Source: Eledone cirrhosa (Eukaryota). Taken from it: a stretch of DNA of 64,000 nucleotides. A program made the translations under genes and the position numbers. Shown piece by piece: positions 43,831 to 56,944 of the stretch. Below the pieces are notes generated by a model that was not told the origin of the DNA, made no database searches, and saw nothing but the letters and a program-made list of their open reading frames with translations. Within the stretch, counting starts at the first letter, position 1, and each line of letters opens with the position of its first letter. The stretch is from the NCBI GenBank assembly GCA_964016885.1, contig OZ024753.1:12772001-12836000 (forward strand), written 5' to 3'.

Positions 43831-44486
43831 TTTCCTGCCCGCCCAAATGCGATTCTCTCTGAATCTTTATTTGTATTAATCTCCCGTGTCTTATAATTAA
43901 CTTGTTAATAATTTCAATTGACAGGTTAATTGTATAAGTTTATTTTAAACTACTCGGTTGATAAATTATTTGATTTGTGCTATTTTTGCTATTTTTCGCA
44001 TGATTTACACTAACTGAATTACTTTGCCAAAATCTGGGGTTATTCCCCTTGTGATTTCCACACGTGGTTTAACTTACCACCGTGTCATTCAATTATTTGG
44101 TACAGAACGAAATACCTGTTGATAACGAGATATTCCTTGTTCGATCGTTATACTCAAAGCTTATATTTTTAAGAAGACTGTATTTTGATTTAGGTGTCAC
44201 AGAAACTCTACATCGTATTTTAACAGCAATTCCGGGAGTCGAGGTCTGGTTATCATTTATTTTTTATCATTTATTTTGTTTTGACCTGCTTAGTTTGATT
44301 TAGTTTTTGCCTTGGGTGATTAATGCCTTCTTGACCACCTTTTCAGTTTTGTATTGGTTTTTAACTATTGAGCACCTTTTCAGTTTTGTATTGGTTTTTA
44401 ACTATTGAGCACCTTGCCAGTATCATTTCTGATTTTTGCGTTTCGCTTCGCTTTTTCTGCCCGCCGAAATACGATTCTCGCTGAAT

Positions 44487-44490
<4 letters not shown>
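43831..44490 (+). repeat. Element bounded by ~40 bp direct repeats within (TA)n, with an internal 2x38 bp tandem
   Basis: 'ctgcccgcc(c/g)aaat(g/a)cgattctc(t/g)ctgaatctttat' occurs at about 43835 and 44457. The tandem lies at 44337-44414. Confidence 0.6.
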
Positions 44491-44536
<46 letters not shown>

Positions 44537-44544
44537 AAATATAA

Positions 44545-44760
44545 GTATTAATAAAATAGATGTTCTTTTGATCAATTACATTTTATTATACATATTTCGG
44601 ATGTACAACAGTACGTCCTCATCAGACAAAATATAATGATACATGACATACCCTTAGATGTTAAATGGTTACTGTTGTACATCCGAAATATGTATAATAA
44701 AATGTAATTGATCAGAAGAACATCTATTTTATTAATACTAATATTTTAATATTAATAACT
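44545..44760. mobile_element. Family A-related foldback with a canonical hammerhead at 44580-44632 (-)
   Basis: Reverse complement reads ATTTTGT-CTGATGA-GGACGTAC-tgtt-GTACATCC-GAAA-TATGTATA^ATAAAAT. The inverted arm at 44670-44739 starts inside stem II. Confidence 0.8.
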
Positions 44761-45076
44761 CCAGAAAATTATTTTTACGGTTGAGTGCTTCCAATCTACT
44801 GTAAAACTCATTCTATGACATAATCATTGAATATTGTTTAACAATTTTATATATATATATGTGTGTGTGTGTCTGTGTGTGTGTGTTTATGTGTGTGTGT
44901 GTGTGTGTTTATGTGTGTGTTTATGTGTGTGTTTATGTGTGTGTTTATGTGTGTGTTTATGTGTGTGTGATGTGTGTTTATGTGTGTGTTTATGTGTGTG
45001 TGTGTGTGTGTGTGTGTCAATGATATTAATACATGGAAACTATCTTTATAAACTTTATAAAACCATATTTATTTTA

Positions 45077-45670
45077 TCTATATCTAGACAGAGAATGTCT
45101 GTCTGTCTGTCTGTCCAATCACTAAAACTAGAGAACCACCCAAACGATTGTTTTCAAAATTTACGCATGTAATACTTATCGTCCTATTGAGTGTTCTGAG
45201 CCCCCAAAAATGTTCAATGTCCTAGGGACCGCATTAGGCGATTTAGCGATATATTTCTCTTTTTAGATAGATACATAGATATTAAGTCGCGCCTTTATAA
45301 TATCTGTCTGTATGCCTGGCTGGCTGCATTACGTCATTATGACGCGATCAGTGAGTGAGTGAGTGAGTGAGTGAGTGAGTGAGTGAGTGAGTGAGTGAGT
45401 GAGTGAGTGAGTGAGTGAGTGAGTGAGTGAGTGAGTGAGTGAGTGAGTGAGTGAGTGAGTGAGTGAGTGAGTGAGTGAGTGAGTGAGTGAGTGAGTGAGT
45501 GAGTGAGTGAGTGAGTGAGTGAGTGAGTGAGTGAGTGAGTGAGTGAGTGAGTGAGTGAGTGAGTGAGTGAGTGAGTGAGTGAGTGAGTGAGTGAGTGAGT
45601 GAGTGAGTGAGTGAGTGAGTGAGTGAGTGAGTGAGTGAGTGAGTGAGTGAGTGAGTGAGTGAGTGAGTGA

Positions 45671-45721
<51 letters not shown>

Positions 45722-46121
45722 CTTATGCCAGGGAACATCTTCACGAACCAAAGTATCGTCTTCCTATTTTCTTTCGTTGCAACGTTTTCGAAATATTTAC
45801 ATCTGCGTTCACAGATTGATTTGTTTAATTTTAGTTTCAGAAGATCCCGTTAAGGGTGAAAGCAGCGTTTATTTGGTTAAACTTTAATCTAGTATTTTAA
45901 TATATATATATATATATATATACATATATATATTATTATATATTCGTTTACAGATATTTGTGCATTTATTTCGCGATAAATGCACAAATATCTGTCGCGA
46001 TATAAAGTATTCATTTTCTTCGCACGGAATAAAACCCAGGTAATGTTCGACGAATTTTTTTTATAAGCACAAAATGTAGACACCATCCCGAGGCCGAGGT
46101 ATTCTGTACTTCTCTGCACTG

Positions 46122-46160
<39 letters not shown>

Positions 46161-46299
46161 TATATTCGTGTTCAGATATTTTTGTATACACAATAACAAA
46201 ATATAGACAAACGTATTTATTTCACGAAGCTCGATAAGAATAAATATATATCAAGAACCTTAGAGCAAATCCCCTTGCAACGCCGGGCCATTCTGCTAG
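45077..46299 (+). mobile_element. Non-autonomous Helitron with nested (GAGT)n/(GT)n arrays and family G pieces
   Basis: 5' TC, (GTCT)n near the 5' end, 3' hairpin 'cccttgcaacgccggg' plus CTAG. Inserted at A^T with no TSD. Confidence 0.8.
45350..45720. repeat. Perfect (GAGT)n of ~325 bp followed by (GT)n
   Basis: Direct reading. Confidence 0.95.
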
Positions 46300-46615
46300 T
46301 TATATATATTTCAAGGGTACCAAAATTTTGGTACGCTCTCATCAGATATTGACATATCCAAAAACAAGAACTTATCGTTTTAAGTTCATTTTGGATAGAG
46401 AGTGAACCAAAATTTTAGTACCCTTGAAATATATATAATAAAATAAATATGATTTTATAAAGATAGTTTCCATGTATTAATATCATTGATATTAGACTCC
46501 AGAAGAAAACTATAGAGGGCTTCAAATCTGTTATAAAGAAATTTGTTGAATAACCAACAAATTAAATATCTCTTTGCTTATATATATACATATATGTATG
46601 TATGTATGTATATGT

Positions 46616-46646
<31 letters not shown>

Positions 46647-47035
46647 CTAAAGCCGTATTGTTTTTTTTCTTCTTTTGGCTCACAAGTGAGGCATTCTTTG
46701 TTCAGTATTGTCTATCTATAATATTATCATCTTTCTAGAAATATTGCAGCTGGGAATTTATATACGATGTGTGTGATTCAATTACATTCATTTCTACTGA
46801 CGCCACAATAGGTACTGAATCCTAAGAACATTTCGGCTGATGCATTCAGATTCCAATTAGATGAATAAATTTGTTTAGAGATGGTGTTGAATCTGGGCTG
46901 ACAGGAAGTTATAAACTTATATGTAAATATAAATAACTAGATATATAAGAATAAAACAGATAGTAATAAAAGCATAAGAAATATTAAGTATTTTACAAAT
47001 AATGAATCACCAATACAAACTCTATCCATTAAGAG

Positions 47036-47074
<39 letters not shown>

Positions 47075-47214
47075 TCATTTTACTGACATGACTATAAAAG
47101 TGAGGCTAGATGCATACTTACAAACGATTCGAATGTTATTATTAAAACTCATATTACATTTATTATATACATAAAAATATGTATGTATAAATATATATAT
47201 AAATATATATACAA

Positions 47215-47245
<31 letters not shown>

Positions 47246-47638
47246 AATATATATAAATATATATATAAAAAAAAATATATATATATATAAATAAATATAT
47301 ATAAATATATATATATAAATATATATATATAAAAATATATATATAAATATATATATATAAATATATATATAAAATTATATATATATAAATATATATATAA
47401 AATATATATATCTCTATATATATATAAATATATATATCTCTATATATATAAATATATATATATAACTATATATATAAATATATATATATAACTATATATA
47501 TATAAAAATATATATATAAAAATAAACATATAAAAATAAACATATAAAAATAAACATATAAAAATATACATATAAAAATATACATATAAATATATACATA
47601 TAAATATATATATATATATATATATAAATATATATATA

Positions 47639-47702
<64 letters not shown>

Positions 47703-47761
47703 AGTATATATATATAACAATATATATATATATAACAATATATATATATAAATATATATAT

Positions 47762-48053
47762 GTATAAAACCATATTTATTTCATTATACATATTTCAAGG
47801 ACACCAAGTTAAATTAGGGTATGCTTTCATCAGATAATATATAATATAGAACATTTTTATAAATATATATTGACATACCCTTAAAGAATGCGACCGTTGT
47901 ATGTCAATATTTATTTATATGTTATGTCAAACTGCTCGATATTATATTTTATCTCATGAAAGTACACCATAATTTAACTTGGTGTCCTTGAAATATGTAT
48001 AATGAAATAAATATGGTTTTAAAAATATAGTTTCCATTTGTTTATATATCGTA
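47762..48053. mobile_element. Family A2 foldback; hammerhead at 47774-47835 (-) has an intact core, 47945-48010 (+) has the core mutated to CTCATGA
   Basis: Homology to 15505-15670. Embedded in long (TA/AAT) arrays. Confidence 0.75.
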
Positions 48054-48667
48054 TATAAAAAAAATATATATATAAATATATATATATAAATATATATAAA
48101 TATATATATACAAATATATATATACAAATATATATATACAAATATATATATATATAAATATATATATATATAAAAAAAATATATATATAAAAATATATAT
48201 ATATATAAAAATATATATATATATAAAAATATATATATAAAAATATATATATAACAATATATAAATAAATATATATATATATATATAAATATAAATGAGA
48301 CGTATAGAGATTGTTTTAGCAAGAAGCTAACGGCATTCTATAACATCTATGCTACTATAACGTCAAGATGGGAAAAGTAGTTAACGAAAGATTTATATAT
48401 ATATAACTATATATATAAAAATATATATATATAAAAATATATATATATATATATAAATATATATATATAAATATATATAAATATATATATATATAAAAAT
48501 ATATATATATATAAATATATATATAAAAATATATATATATAAAAATATATATATATAAAAATATATATATAAAAATATATATATATATATATATATATAA
48601 ATATATATAAATATATATATATATAAAAATATATATATATAAAATATATAAATATATATATATAAAT

Positions 48668-49022
48668 ATAGTGACGAAACATACGTCAATTGCATGAACT
48701 CATAATCCTTTATTTACGGCTATATATATTTCGATGATAGCCATTGAATGGCTATGACCTCATCAGGCAATTAGTCAGTTCTTAGATATGCCAGCTCTGT
48801 GTGTATAGTGTTGATGGTATCAGAGCCTTGTGACATATGAGCTTGTTAGGAATAATTTAATGTTGTCAGCAGCAATAGTCTTAATCCTCATTGGTCAGTT
48901 TGTAGATGGTAGTAGGGTTGGTATTTGACCTCAAAGAGGCAGGTGGTGTTGTAAAGTTCAAACCGTCAGGCAAGATGACAGTTCCATACGACTGATTTTC
49001 ACAAAAAGCATTCCTGGTCAGA
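48668..49022 (-). mobile_element. Family F PLE 3' end: decayed GIY-YIG terminus plus pLTR with a hammerhead (48716-48771)
   Basis: A reverse-complement frame reads ...ENQSYGTVILPDGLNF, resembling the LxTxxPxGLN endonuclease end. Then CTGATGA-GGTCATAGCCATT-c-AATGGCTATCATC-GAAA-TATATATA. Confidence 0.65.
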
Positions 49023-49795
49023 TATATATTCAATTATGCTTAATACTAGATACTAGAGGTCATTCTTAAATTGAGGAATTTGTGTGGAATGGTGCTACTG
49101 AAAATTATGGTTAGAGTAGAAAATTTACAACACTCACACCCACCTCCACAGACACACACACACATCCACACATACAAATTGAGGAATTAATGTGGGGTGG
49201 TAATATTTAAAATAATGAGTCAAATACTTAGATAGTTTAGAAAATTTAAAAATAATAGGCTTATGTTGGTTGACTTGTACATACACTCACACATCTACAC
49301 ACACAAATCTATACATGTGTGTATATATATATGTACGCACAAGTATACATATATATATATATACAAAATATATATATACATAAAATATATATATATATAC
49401 ATAAAATATATATATATATACATAAAATATATATATACATAAAATATATATATATATATAAAATATATATATACATAAAATATATATATATATATAAAAT
49501 ATATATATATATATAAAATATATATATATATATAAAATATATATATATATATATAAAATATATATATATATATATAAAATATATATATATATATATAAAA
49601 TATATATATATATATATAAAATATATATATATATATAAAATATATATAAAATATATATATATATATAAAATATATATATATATAACATATATCTATATAT
49701 AACATATATCTATATATAACATATATCTATATAATATATATATACATATATATATATATAAAATATACATACACATATATATATAACATGCATAT

Positions 49796-49831
<36 letters not shown>

Positions 49832-49894
49832 ATACACACATATACACATAAAATATATATATATATACATATAATATATATATACATATATATA

Positions 49895-50792
49895 GAAAGT
49901 CAGGTTCAATAAAACGTGGTTTTGATGACTTCTAACCAGTAGAGGATCCGGTGGACCATACACCATAGGGACCACAAACTATGGGTGGTCGTTGTTGTCC
50001 ATTGGTCATTGGTACGGGGCGTAGGGGACCTACATGGGGGGGGTCGTTGTGGGAGGCCTTAACCGGGGTTTATCAATATAGCTTGAGGAAAGTTCCCGTC
50101 CTTAGGTGTATGCAGGCACCAAATAAGTCGGCCCTTCTGTTTAATAGCTTGGTTCCGCCATGAAGTATCTCGAATGTGTCACTAAGACAGAGGTTGCAAA
50201 TACCAGACCCCCGTCTGTCTGGGGGAACCTTTCTAACCACGTAGCAGACTAGAGAGTGCGGGGCCTTTTCAAGCTTGAGCTTCCAGATCAATTCTGAAAG
50301 GGCCGTACATTTCCTCTTATTTATTCTGTTAAAGGAATCGCGATGGTTATACCACCGATCTTTGAATCTCGTCGCTGGGGAGTCTGTGTAGTGGTGTTCC
50401 AAGTTAGGGGCTGTGACCTTTCACCTGTAGACTACGTTTTTCGTCATGCATTCATTACTAAGGAGGCATAGTGATGGGTCTCTGCAATTACATGACTTCT
50501 TAAACCCCACCACATGTATCGCGTGGTTACCATCACTCGGGGTTGGCTGGGTAGCCTCCGCAATCAGCACAGGGTCGTTGGTTTCTGGTGTGCTAGTTGG
50601 GCCTGTCCGGGTTCCGGTGCGTCCCGCGTGCTGGTTCTGTTGGGTGGCTCCGGGGTTTACGGTGGTATTAGAGGCTCTGACCCTATTCCTATTTATGCCA
50701 GCTATGCGCTGGACTACGGAGCGGGTGGTTGAGTAGGAAAGTTTCACCGTGTGCCTGTTGAATATGTTATGGTACTTGTGGGCCGTATTAAG
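49895..50792 (-). mobile_element. Penelope-like element 3' fragment (Naiad-like): RT-thumb/linker, zinc-finger cysteines and GIY-YIG
   Basis: One continuous frame: HKYHNIFNRHTVKLSYS...CNCRDPSLCLLSNECMTKNVVYR*KV...YTDSPATRFKDRWYNHRDSF...TALSELIWKLK...CNLCLSD...LLNRRADLFGACIH. Catalytic positions are decayed. Confidence 0.85.
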
Positions 50793-51788
50793 AATATGTT
50801 ATGGTACTACATCCCGTATTAAGCCGTAGTGTCTAGCAGCCATCGTTGCTCGTTTGTTCAACAATGACACAGGAACGCTGTACTAGTTTCAAGCTTATTA
50901 GCTATCGTCAGCAACGTATACCTTCCTGCCAGATTGTTGAACGTATATACTTACCTTATGCATATTAACGGTTGAGTAGCCCAATTTGCATATCGAGTGG
51001 GTTAATCGGCCGGGTGCACCTGTGTCAGTGTTGAACAAACGAGCAACGATGTTTGTTTACAAACACACCGAGCATTATAATAAATGTTCGGTGAATCCAT
51101 ACGTACCTATATATATGTGTGCATGTATGTATATATATATACATACTACTGTACGTCGGTATACATATATGTATGTACGTGTACATACTTATATTTAAGT
51201 AACAGCCGTACTAAGAGTGGGAAATGAAATTTCGTTTCATTTTTTCCGTTTATATATATGTAAATATATAAACAATATATAGGATTATCCTAAATGTAGA
51301 AATGGTTAATTACTACACTGACTATGGTTGACGTACGGTGAGAGATTACTCAACGAGTTATGGAAGAATTGTTGAAGAAACTTAGTTCCTGATCCTTCTG
51401 TATTCCGGAGTGTAGATAAAGAATGAATAATAACAGGTAGACATAATAAAAAAGGTAATTTATTCCGTGTGCTTACAAATGTTTCCACGGTGGTAGTACA
51501 GCCTAGTTATGCTATGTGCAAATTATCAACTATTTGCAGAACTCAAATATCAAATACTGTGACCACTGTATGATCAGAGCAGAATGGTTAAAATGTACAA
51601 TGTAAATACTCTTAAGTGAGGTTATTGGAGAAGATAGAGTAGAAAAGGAAGAGAGAAAAATAGGGGAGAGGGAGAGAGAGAGAAAGATATGCAGGAGTTG
51701 GAGAAATAGGAGAGACTGGTTTGTAGATATCTTAATCAAAATGTTGTGGTAAGCACACGGAATAAAAAATATATATATATATATAAAT

Positions 51789-52278
51789 ATAATAAATGTA
51801 ATCTGAGTTTTTCGAATATTAATAATAACATTCGATTCGTTTGCAATTATACAAACAAGCCTCAATTTTATAGCCATGTCAGTAGAATGAACACTTCATT
51901 CTTGCTTTTATGTTGGCATGCGAACAGAACTGGAGACACTAATGTTTCTGGGTATCACCCTTCATATGTACAGCTCACTATTCACCTGCCAAACTGTCAG
52001 AGCTAGTGAAAATGCATGCTATTTTCAAAAATACACAGTGTCTGGTCGGCCTGATTTGCATATTAGCAAACTGGCTGATCAGTCAGATCTGCATATTAGC
52101 ATATCCACTGATCAGTCAGATTTGCATATCAGCAGACTAGCCAGTCAGTTTCCTGTATACGAGCGATAAATGGCCGGCTTTGCAAAAATCAAAATGAAAA
52201 AGAAATTTCGCTCTACATGCCTGAATACAATAAATGTAATCTGAGTTTTTCGAATGTTAATAATAATATTCGATTCGT

Positions 52279-52283
<5 letters not shown>
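51789..52283 (+). repeat. Element bounded by ~55 bp direct repeats within (TA)n, containing 3x~33 bp octamer-motif repeats
   Basis: 'aataaatgtaatctgagtttttcgaat(a/g)ttaataataa(c/t)attcgattcgtt' occurs at 51791 and 52229. Confidence 0.6.
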
Positions 52284-52324
<41 letters not shown>

Positions 52325-52373
52325 CATATATATAAATATATATATAAATAAATAAAAAAAATATATATATATA

Positions 52374-53349
52374 TCTATATATATAAAACTGTGGTTGTCT
52401 GTCTGTCTATCGATTTTTGGCACACATCTCCTCTTAGAATCTCTCACGGAATTGCACCGAAATTGCTATACTTGTACATTGAGCCCTAGCGAAGACATCG
52501 GAAAAAAAATAATTTCAAATTGACCCGCCCTATCTGACGAAATCGAATATAATGTATCGATTTTTGAGCGTAAGTTATCAGTTATTTCCCTTTGTTCTGT
52601 TTACATTGAGCGTCTTACGTAAAAAATTATGCTGGCTTTACGAACAGTTGTCGAGCCAGCAAAATATTGACCTGCAAAATTCATCAGTTCGAACACTAAG
52701 CTTCCGTGTTGCTTCATTTCCATTTAAAAGCATTTTAAAACAATATTTTTACTTGAAAACAAGTCTATTTAAAGACTACGTAAAACAAGCAAATATTTCG
52801 TCGTTAGGCGTGCAGACAGACAGTCGTGCAGAGAGGTGATATAGGCGTGCAGACAGACAGTCGTGCAGAGAGGTGATATAGGCGTGCAGACAGACAGTCG
52901 TGCAGAGAGGTGATATAGGCGTGCAGACAGACAGTCGTGCAGAGAGGTGATATAGGCGTGCAGACAGACAGTCGTGCAGAGAGGTGATATAGGCGTGCAG
53001 ACAGACAGTCGTGCAGAGAGGTGATATAGGCGTGCAGACAGACATAACTGATAATTTGGTTACGCTAATGTTTTTCTCTGCGTTGCAGTGTTTACATTTT
53101 CGATCTTTGTTAATAAATAACCAGTGCAGTTTCTATCCCCAGCATCCTCTTTTGTTATAACATTCGGGTTATCGTTATGTTTTCTTAACTTCATAAGGCA
53201 TATTGTTGGTTGAGGGAATATTAATCAAAAACACCACATGCAAGTCTGCACAGTAGACACTACAGTTTTTAAGCCAAAAAAGAAACTTAACATTGTAACT
53301 TTAACACAGCTACTGAGCGACCCCGAGCAACGCCGGGCTTTACTGCTAG
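52374..53349 (+). mobile_element. Non-autonomous Helitron containing a 37 bp minisatellite
   Basis: 5' TCTATATATATAAAA...gtctgtctgtct; 3' hairpin 'cccgagcaacgccggg' plus CTAG|T. Confidence 0.8.
52807..53044 (+). repeat. About 6.4 perfect copies of a 37 bp unit
   Basis: Unit ggcgtgcagacagacagtcgtgcagagaggtgatata, with no spacers. Confidence 0.95.
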
Positions 53350-53366
53350 TATAATATATAAATATA

Positions 53367-55240
53367 TAGGTGTAGTGTTGGCGAATCTCGGGAATCATGG
53401 AGATTTTAAAGGATGCAGTGTCTCGACAGCGAACAACTGATGCAGGTAGTTTGTTCCATGCTTCAGCAACTCTGAGCGTGAACAAATGTTTCCGAAAGTC
53501 ATGGCAGCTGTGATGTTTTCTGACTTTGTAGGCATGCTCAGGTGCGTTAGACACATGGAAATCAAAAAGACACTCAGGATTGTTGTTGGCAAGATGGTTA
53601 ATAATTTTCTGGTTGTTTACCAAGTCAGTTGCCAGACATCCGAGCTTCAATATATCCATGCCCAGGGAAGCAAGGCGTTCGGAATATTGTAGATGTCTGA
53701 TGGAGGGTATTCGCTTGGTTGCATGTCTCTGAACAGTTTCTAGGCGGTCAATGTTCTGAGCAAGATAGGGGTTCCATACTGGTGAAGCAAATTCCAAGTG
53801 TAGCCGCACCATAGCTATATACAGCTTTAATTAGATAGCTAGAGAGCGGCTGACAAAGGTCTTGCTGAATGATGCTAAGACACCCTCGGCCTTCTTGACA
53901 ATTTCAGAGACGTGCTGGAAATCGCTGCTGGCAGTAATGCCCAGTTCACGTTCAAAAGAAGACTTCTTGATATTAGTGTCGTGGGGGGAGTATGTGGACG
54001 CTGGGGTTTTACTCCCAAAATGCATGGTGGTACACTTGTCCACAGCCAGTTTGAGTTGCCAGTCCAAGATGCATTGTTTCATTGTATCCAGGTCAGATTG
54101 CAGGCAAGATCTATAATGTTCAGGATCTGTCATTGTTATCTCAAGTTACAGCTTGAGGTGATCTACATATTTCAGTACTGTGGCATTCTTTAAGTTGACA
54201 TCTATCTCATTAATATATACCACAAACAAATCAGAACCAAGGACAGTTCCCTGTGGTACACCAGATGACATCTCAGATGGTGAGGAATGCTGTCCTAGAA
54301 CCGTGACTACCTCTCTTCGACTGAGACTGAAGGACTTCAACCAGTTAAAAAGATCATCTTTCACACCCATTGCAGAGAGTTTTCCATAAGTCTTTTATGT
54401 GGCATAGAATTGAAAGCTTTAGCAAAGTCAAGGTAAACAACATCCACCCATGACCCGCCATCAGTGATCCGGGTGATGTCTTCAAGATCACAGCAGCTGG
54501 AGTTACGAATAAATCCAAATTGCGAGTGCCGGATAAGACTGTGAGAGTTCCAGAAGTTCCAAAGCGTTTCTCTGACACAGGATTCCATCAGTTTGGCAAG
54601 CAGCTAGTAAGACTGACTGGATGATAGTTGACAGGTGAGGAATGACACTGGCAGTTGTTCACTGTTCTGGAGTAACACCGTTGTTAAGACAGCATTGGAA
54701 TAAGCGTGATGGTGTAGAAGGAAGTACCCATCACGTTTGAGAAGCAGGTACGGAACACAATCAAGACCAGGAGAGGCATGGTTGCGTTTATTTTTAAGGT
54801 GATGTCGCAGCACTGCATGTGTAAATTCCATAGTTATAATATAATCCGATGTCAGAGGTGGCAGAGATGGTACACACTGGTCTTCAACAGTGAAAATGTC
54901 TGCATAGCATTCAGCAATTAGTTCTGCGCATTCCTTGGGGTCATCAGTAACCTGGCTTGGGTGGGGATTGCGAAGACGACCAACTGAAGAGTGAGGCCTC
55001 TGCTTTGAGTGAACATACTTCCTGATCACCTTACTGTCAGTGGTGGATGCTATGCGCGGCTCAAATTCAAGCACTGCCTTTTTTGTCACATGCTTGAGAT
55101 GGCTGGATGATTTATTTCCCTTTTTCCTATTGATATCTGATTTATGCAGTTTGTAGTCACGTTGAACATTACGACATTATTTCTTGGCAAGACGGACTGC
55201 TGCAGACTCCCAAATTGCACTTTTTCTGCTTACGTGGCAC
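53367..55240 (-). mobile_element. CR1-like LINE ORF2 (reverse transcriptase) pseudogene, 5'-truncated
   Basis: SPGLDCVP, HSQFGF, VDVVYLDFAKAFNSMPH, SGVPQGTVLG..LFVVYINEI, KYVDHLKL, VRLHLEFASPVWNPY, FTLRVAEAWNKLP. Multiple frameshifts. Confidence 0.9.
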
Positions 55241-55242
55241 CG

Positions 55243-55700
55243 TAAATAAATTTGTTTGCAAGGCTGTAGATATGAAATCGTGTGTCGAAACAAATATTGT
55301 TATACTTGGGGAGGGCCATATTGTTATAATATTGCCAGAAATAGTAACAGAACACACTCACTGTTTGGTTTGGGTTGGTTTTCGCTTGTGTATCTTAGAT
55401 CTCCAAAGTTAATTTATCTGGCAATCAATGTTTATCATTGATTGTCCAATACAATACAATGAGAGGAAACATAATAGTACCACTGATGATGTCACAGATG
55501 TGTGAATGTGTGACGAAAGAACTTTGATAGACTATATATGTATATATTTATATCTGTATTTTTAACCGTTGGTCAATCAATCATAAACATTGGTTCCTAG
55601 AAAAATTAAATATGGAGATATAAAAGATACAGAAGTGAAAACCAACCAAACAGTGAGTGTGTTCTGTTATTATTTCTGGCAATATGACCCTCCCCAAGTA
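55243..55700. mobile_element. Family D foldback (tail, inverted arm, pLTR) with a hammerhead at 55480-55527 (+)
   Basis: CTGATGA-T-GTCACA...TGTGAC-GAAA-GAACTT. 55303-55445 is inverted at 55572-55700. Confidence 0.7.
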
Positions 55701-56944
55701 CAACTCTCTCTCTTTCATATATATATATATATAAAAGGTTTAACCCCGACGGCAGAGCTCAAGCCGTTTCGACCGCTATTTCTAGACCAGAAATAGCCGT
55801 CAAAAAGGCTTGAGCTCTGCCGCCAGGGTTAAACATTTTCCTATTACCCGCTCTACTACACTAAGTATTGAGTACTCTGGTTCCTTACCTCATTTCATTC
55901 GTTATATATATATATTAGTGTGTGTGTATGTATGTATATATTTATATACGGGCTTCGCATGGTTGTCGGGTGTGTTTGTGTATCGAATTAATATTTTTCT
56001 GTTAATATAATTATATTCAAATATATATTTTCTGTTAGTCAAGATACCTATTTTTGATTTTATTCACACATTTCAGACTTTATTTAGTGCTCCTGATTTA
56101 GAACAAAGAGAATTTAATGAAAAAATGAATACATATCTATACATGAATAATTATATTTTGAATGAGATTTTGAATATCGAGAAGTATTTAAGTGCAGTTT
56201 ATAATCTAAGCTAGATTTATTTCAGGTTAATATTAATTTTCCACTATCACCCCACTCCTTAATAAATGTTTAAATACTTCAAACGTATTACATCGTCTTT
56301 TGGCTTTCTCGAACATAGAAAATAACTTCGCCATTTCAAATAAAAATTGGATGAAAGAGTGAAATTTATATTCATCTAATATAATGGATATAGTATATTC
56401 CCACGATATGGGGAACGTAAATCAATTCAGAGTTATTTCAGTGCTGCATGAAATTAGTCATCTATAAAGAATTATTCTGTATACATTCCTTTGTTTGCCA
56501 AATCTCTGAGCAGAGTTTGTCTAATTCATGCATGCAAAATAGAATTATATTATAACTTCCATAGAGACAATGTGAAGAAAGTAAGAACTTTGCCATTAAA
56601 TTGATAAACGAAAGGAAAATCGAAGATATTGTCTATGCTACTCACACAAAAGTAATTATCAGTACGAAATTCTTATTGTTTGTCCAGGATAAAAATACGA
56701 AATATTGAATCTAACAAGTTGTGACATTTGTGTATAAATCATGTCTGAAAAAATTGAATCATGCAATAATTTGACAAATGCCATTAACATCTTATGCGAG
56801 GATAGTCAATATAACTAAACGGAACGTCATATACATCTTTTATTGGTAACACATTCACCGTTTCTTATTCTTCTATGTGTAGCTTTACATAACAATGGAT
56901 CCAATGATAAATCCACTAAGCCTTCCTATATACTACACTCGCAT

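Larger units (their letters stand above)
45020..46500. mobile_element. Family A-related foldback (45020-45076 plus 46300-46500) split by a Helitron
   Basis: Removing 45077-46299 restores 'ccatatttatttta|ttatatatatttcaagggtaccaaaattttggtacgctctcatcag', whose inverse is at 46405-46487. Confidence 0.75.

Noticed and set aside
52807-53044. 37 bp direct repeats of CRISPR-like length
   Set aside because: Head-to-tail with no spacers, no cas genes, and a eukaryotic Helitron context.
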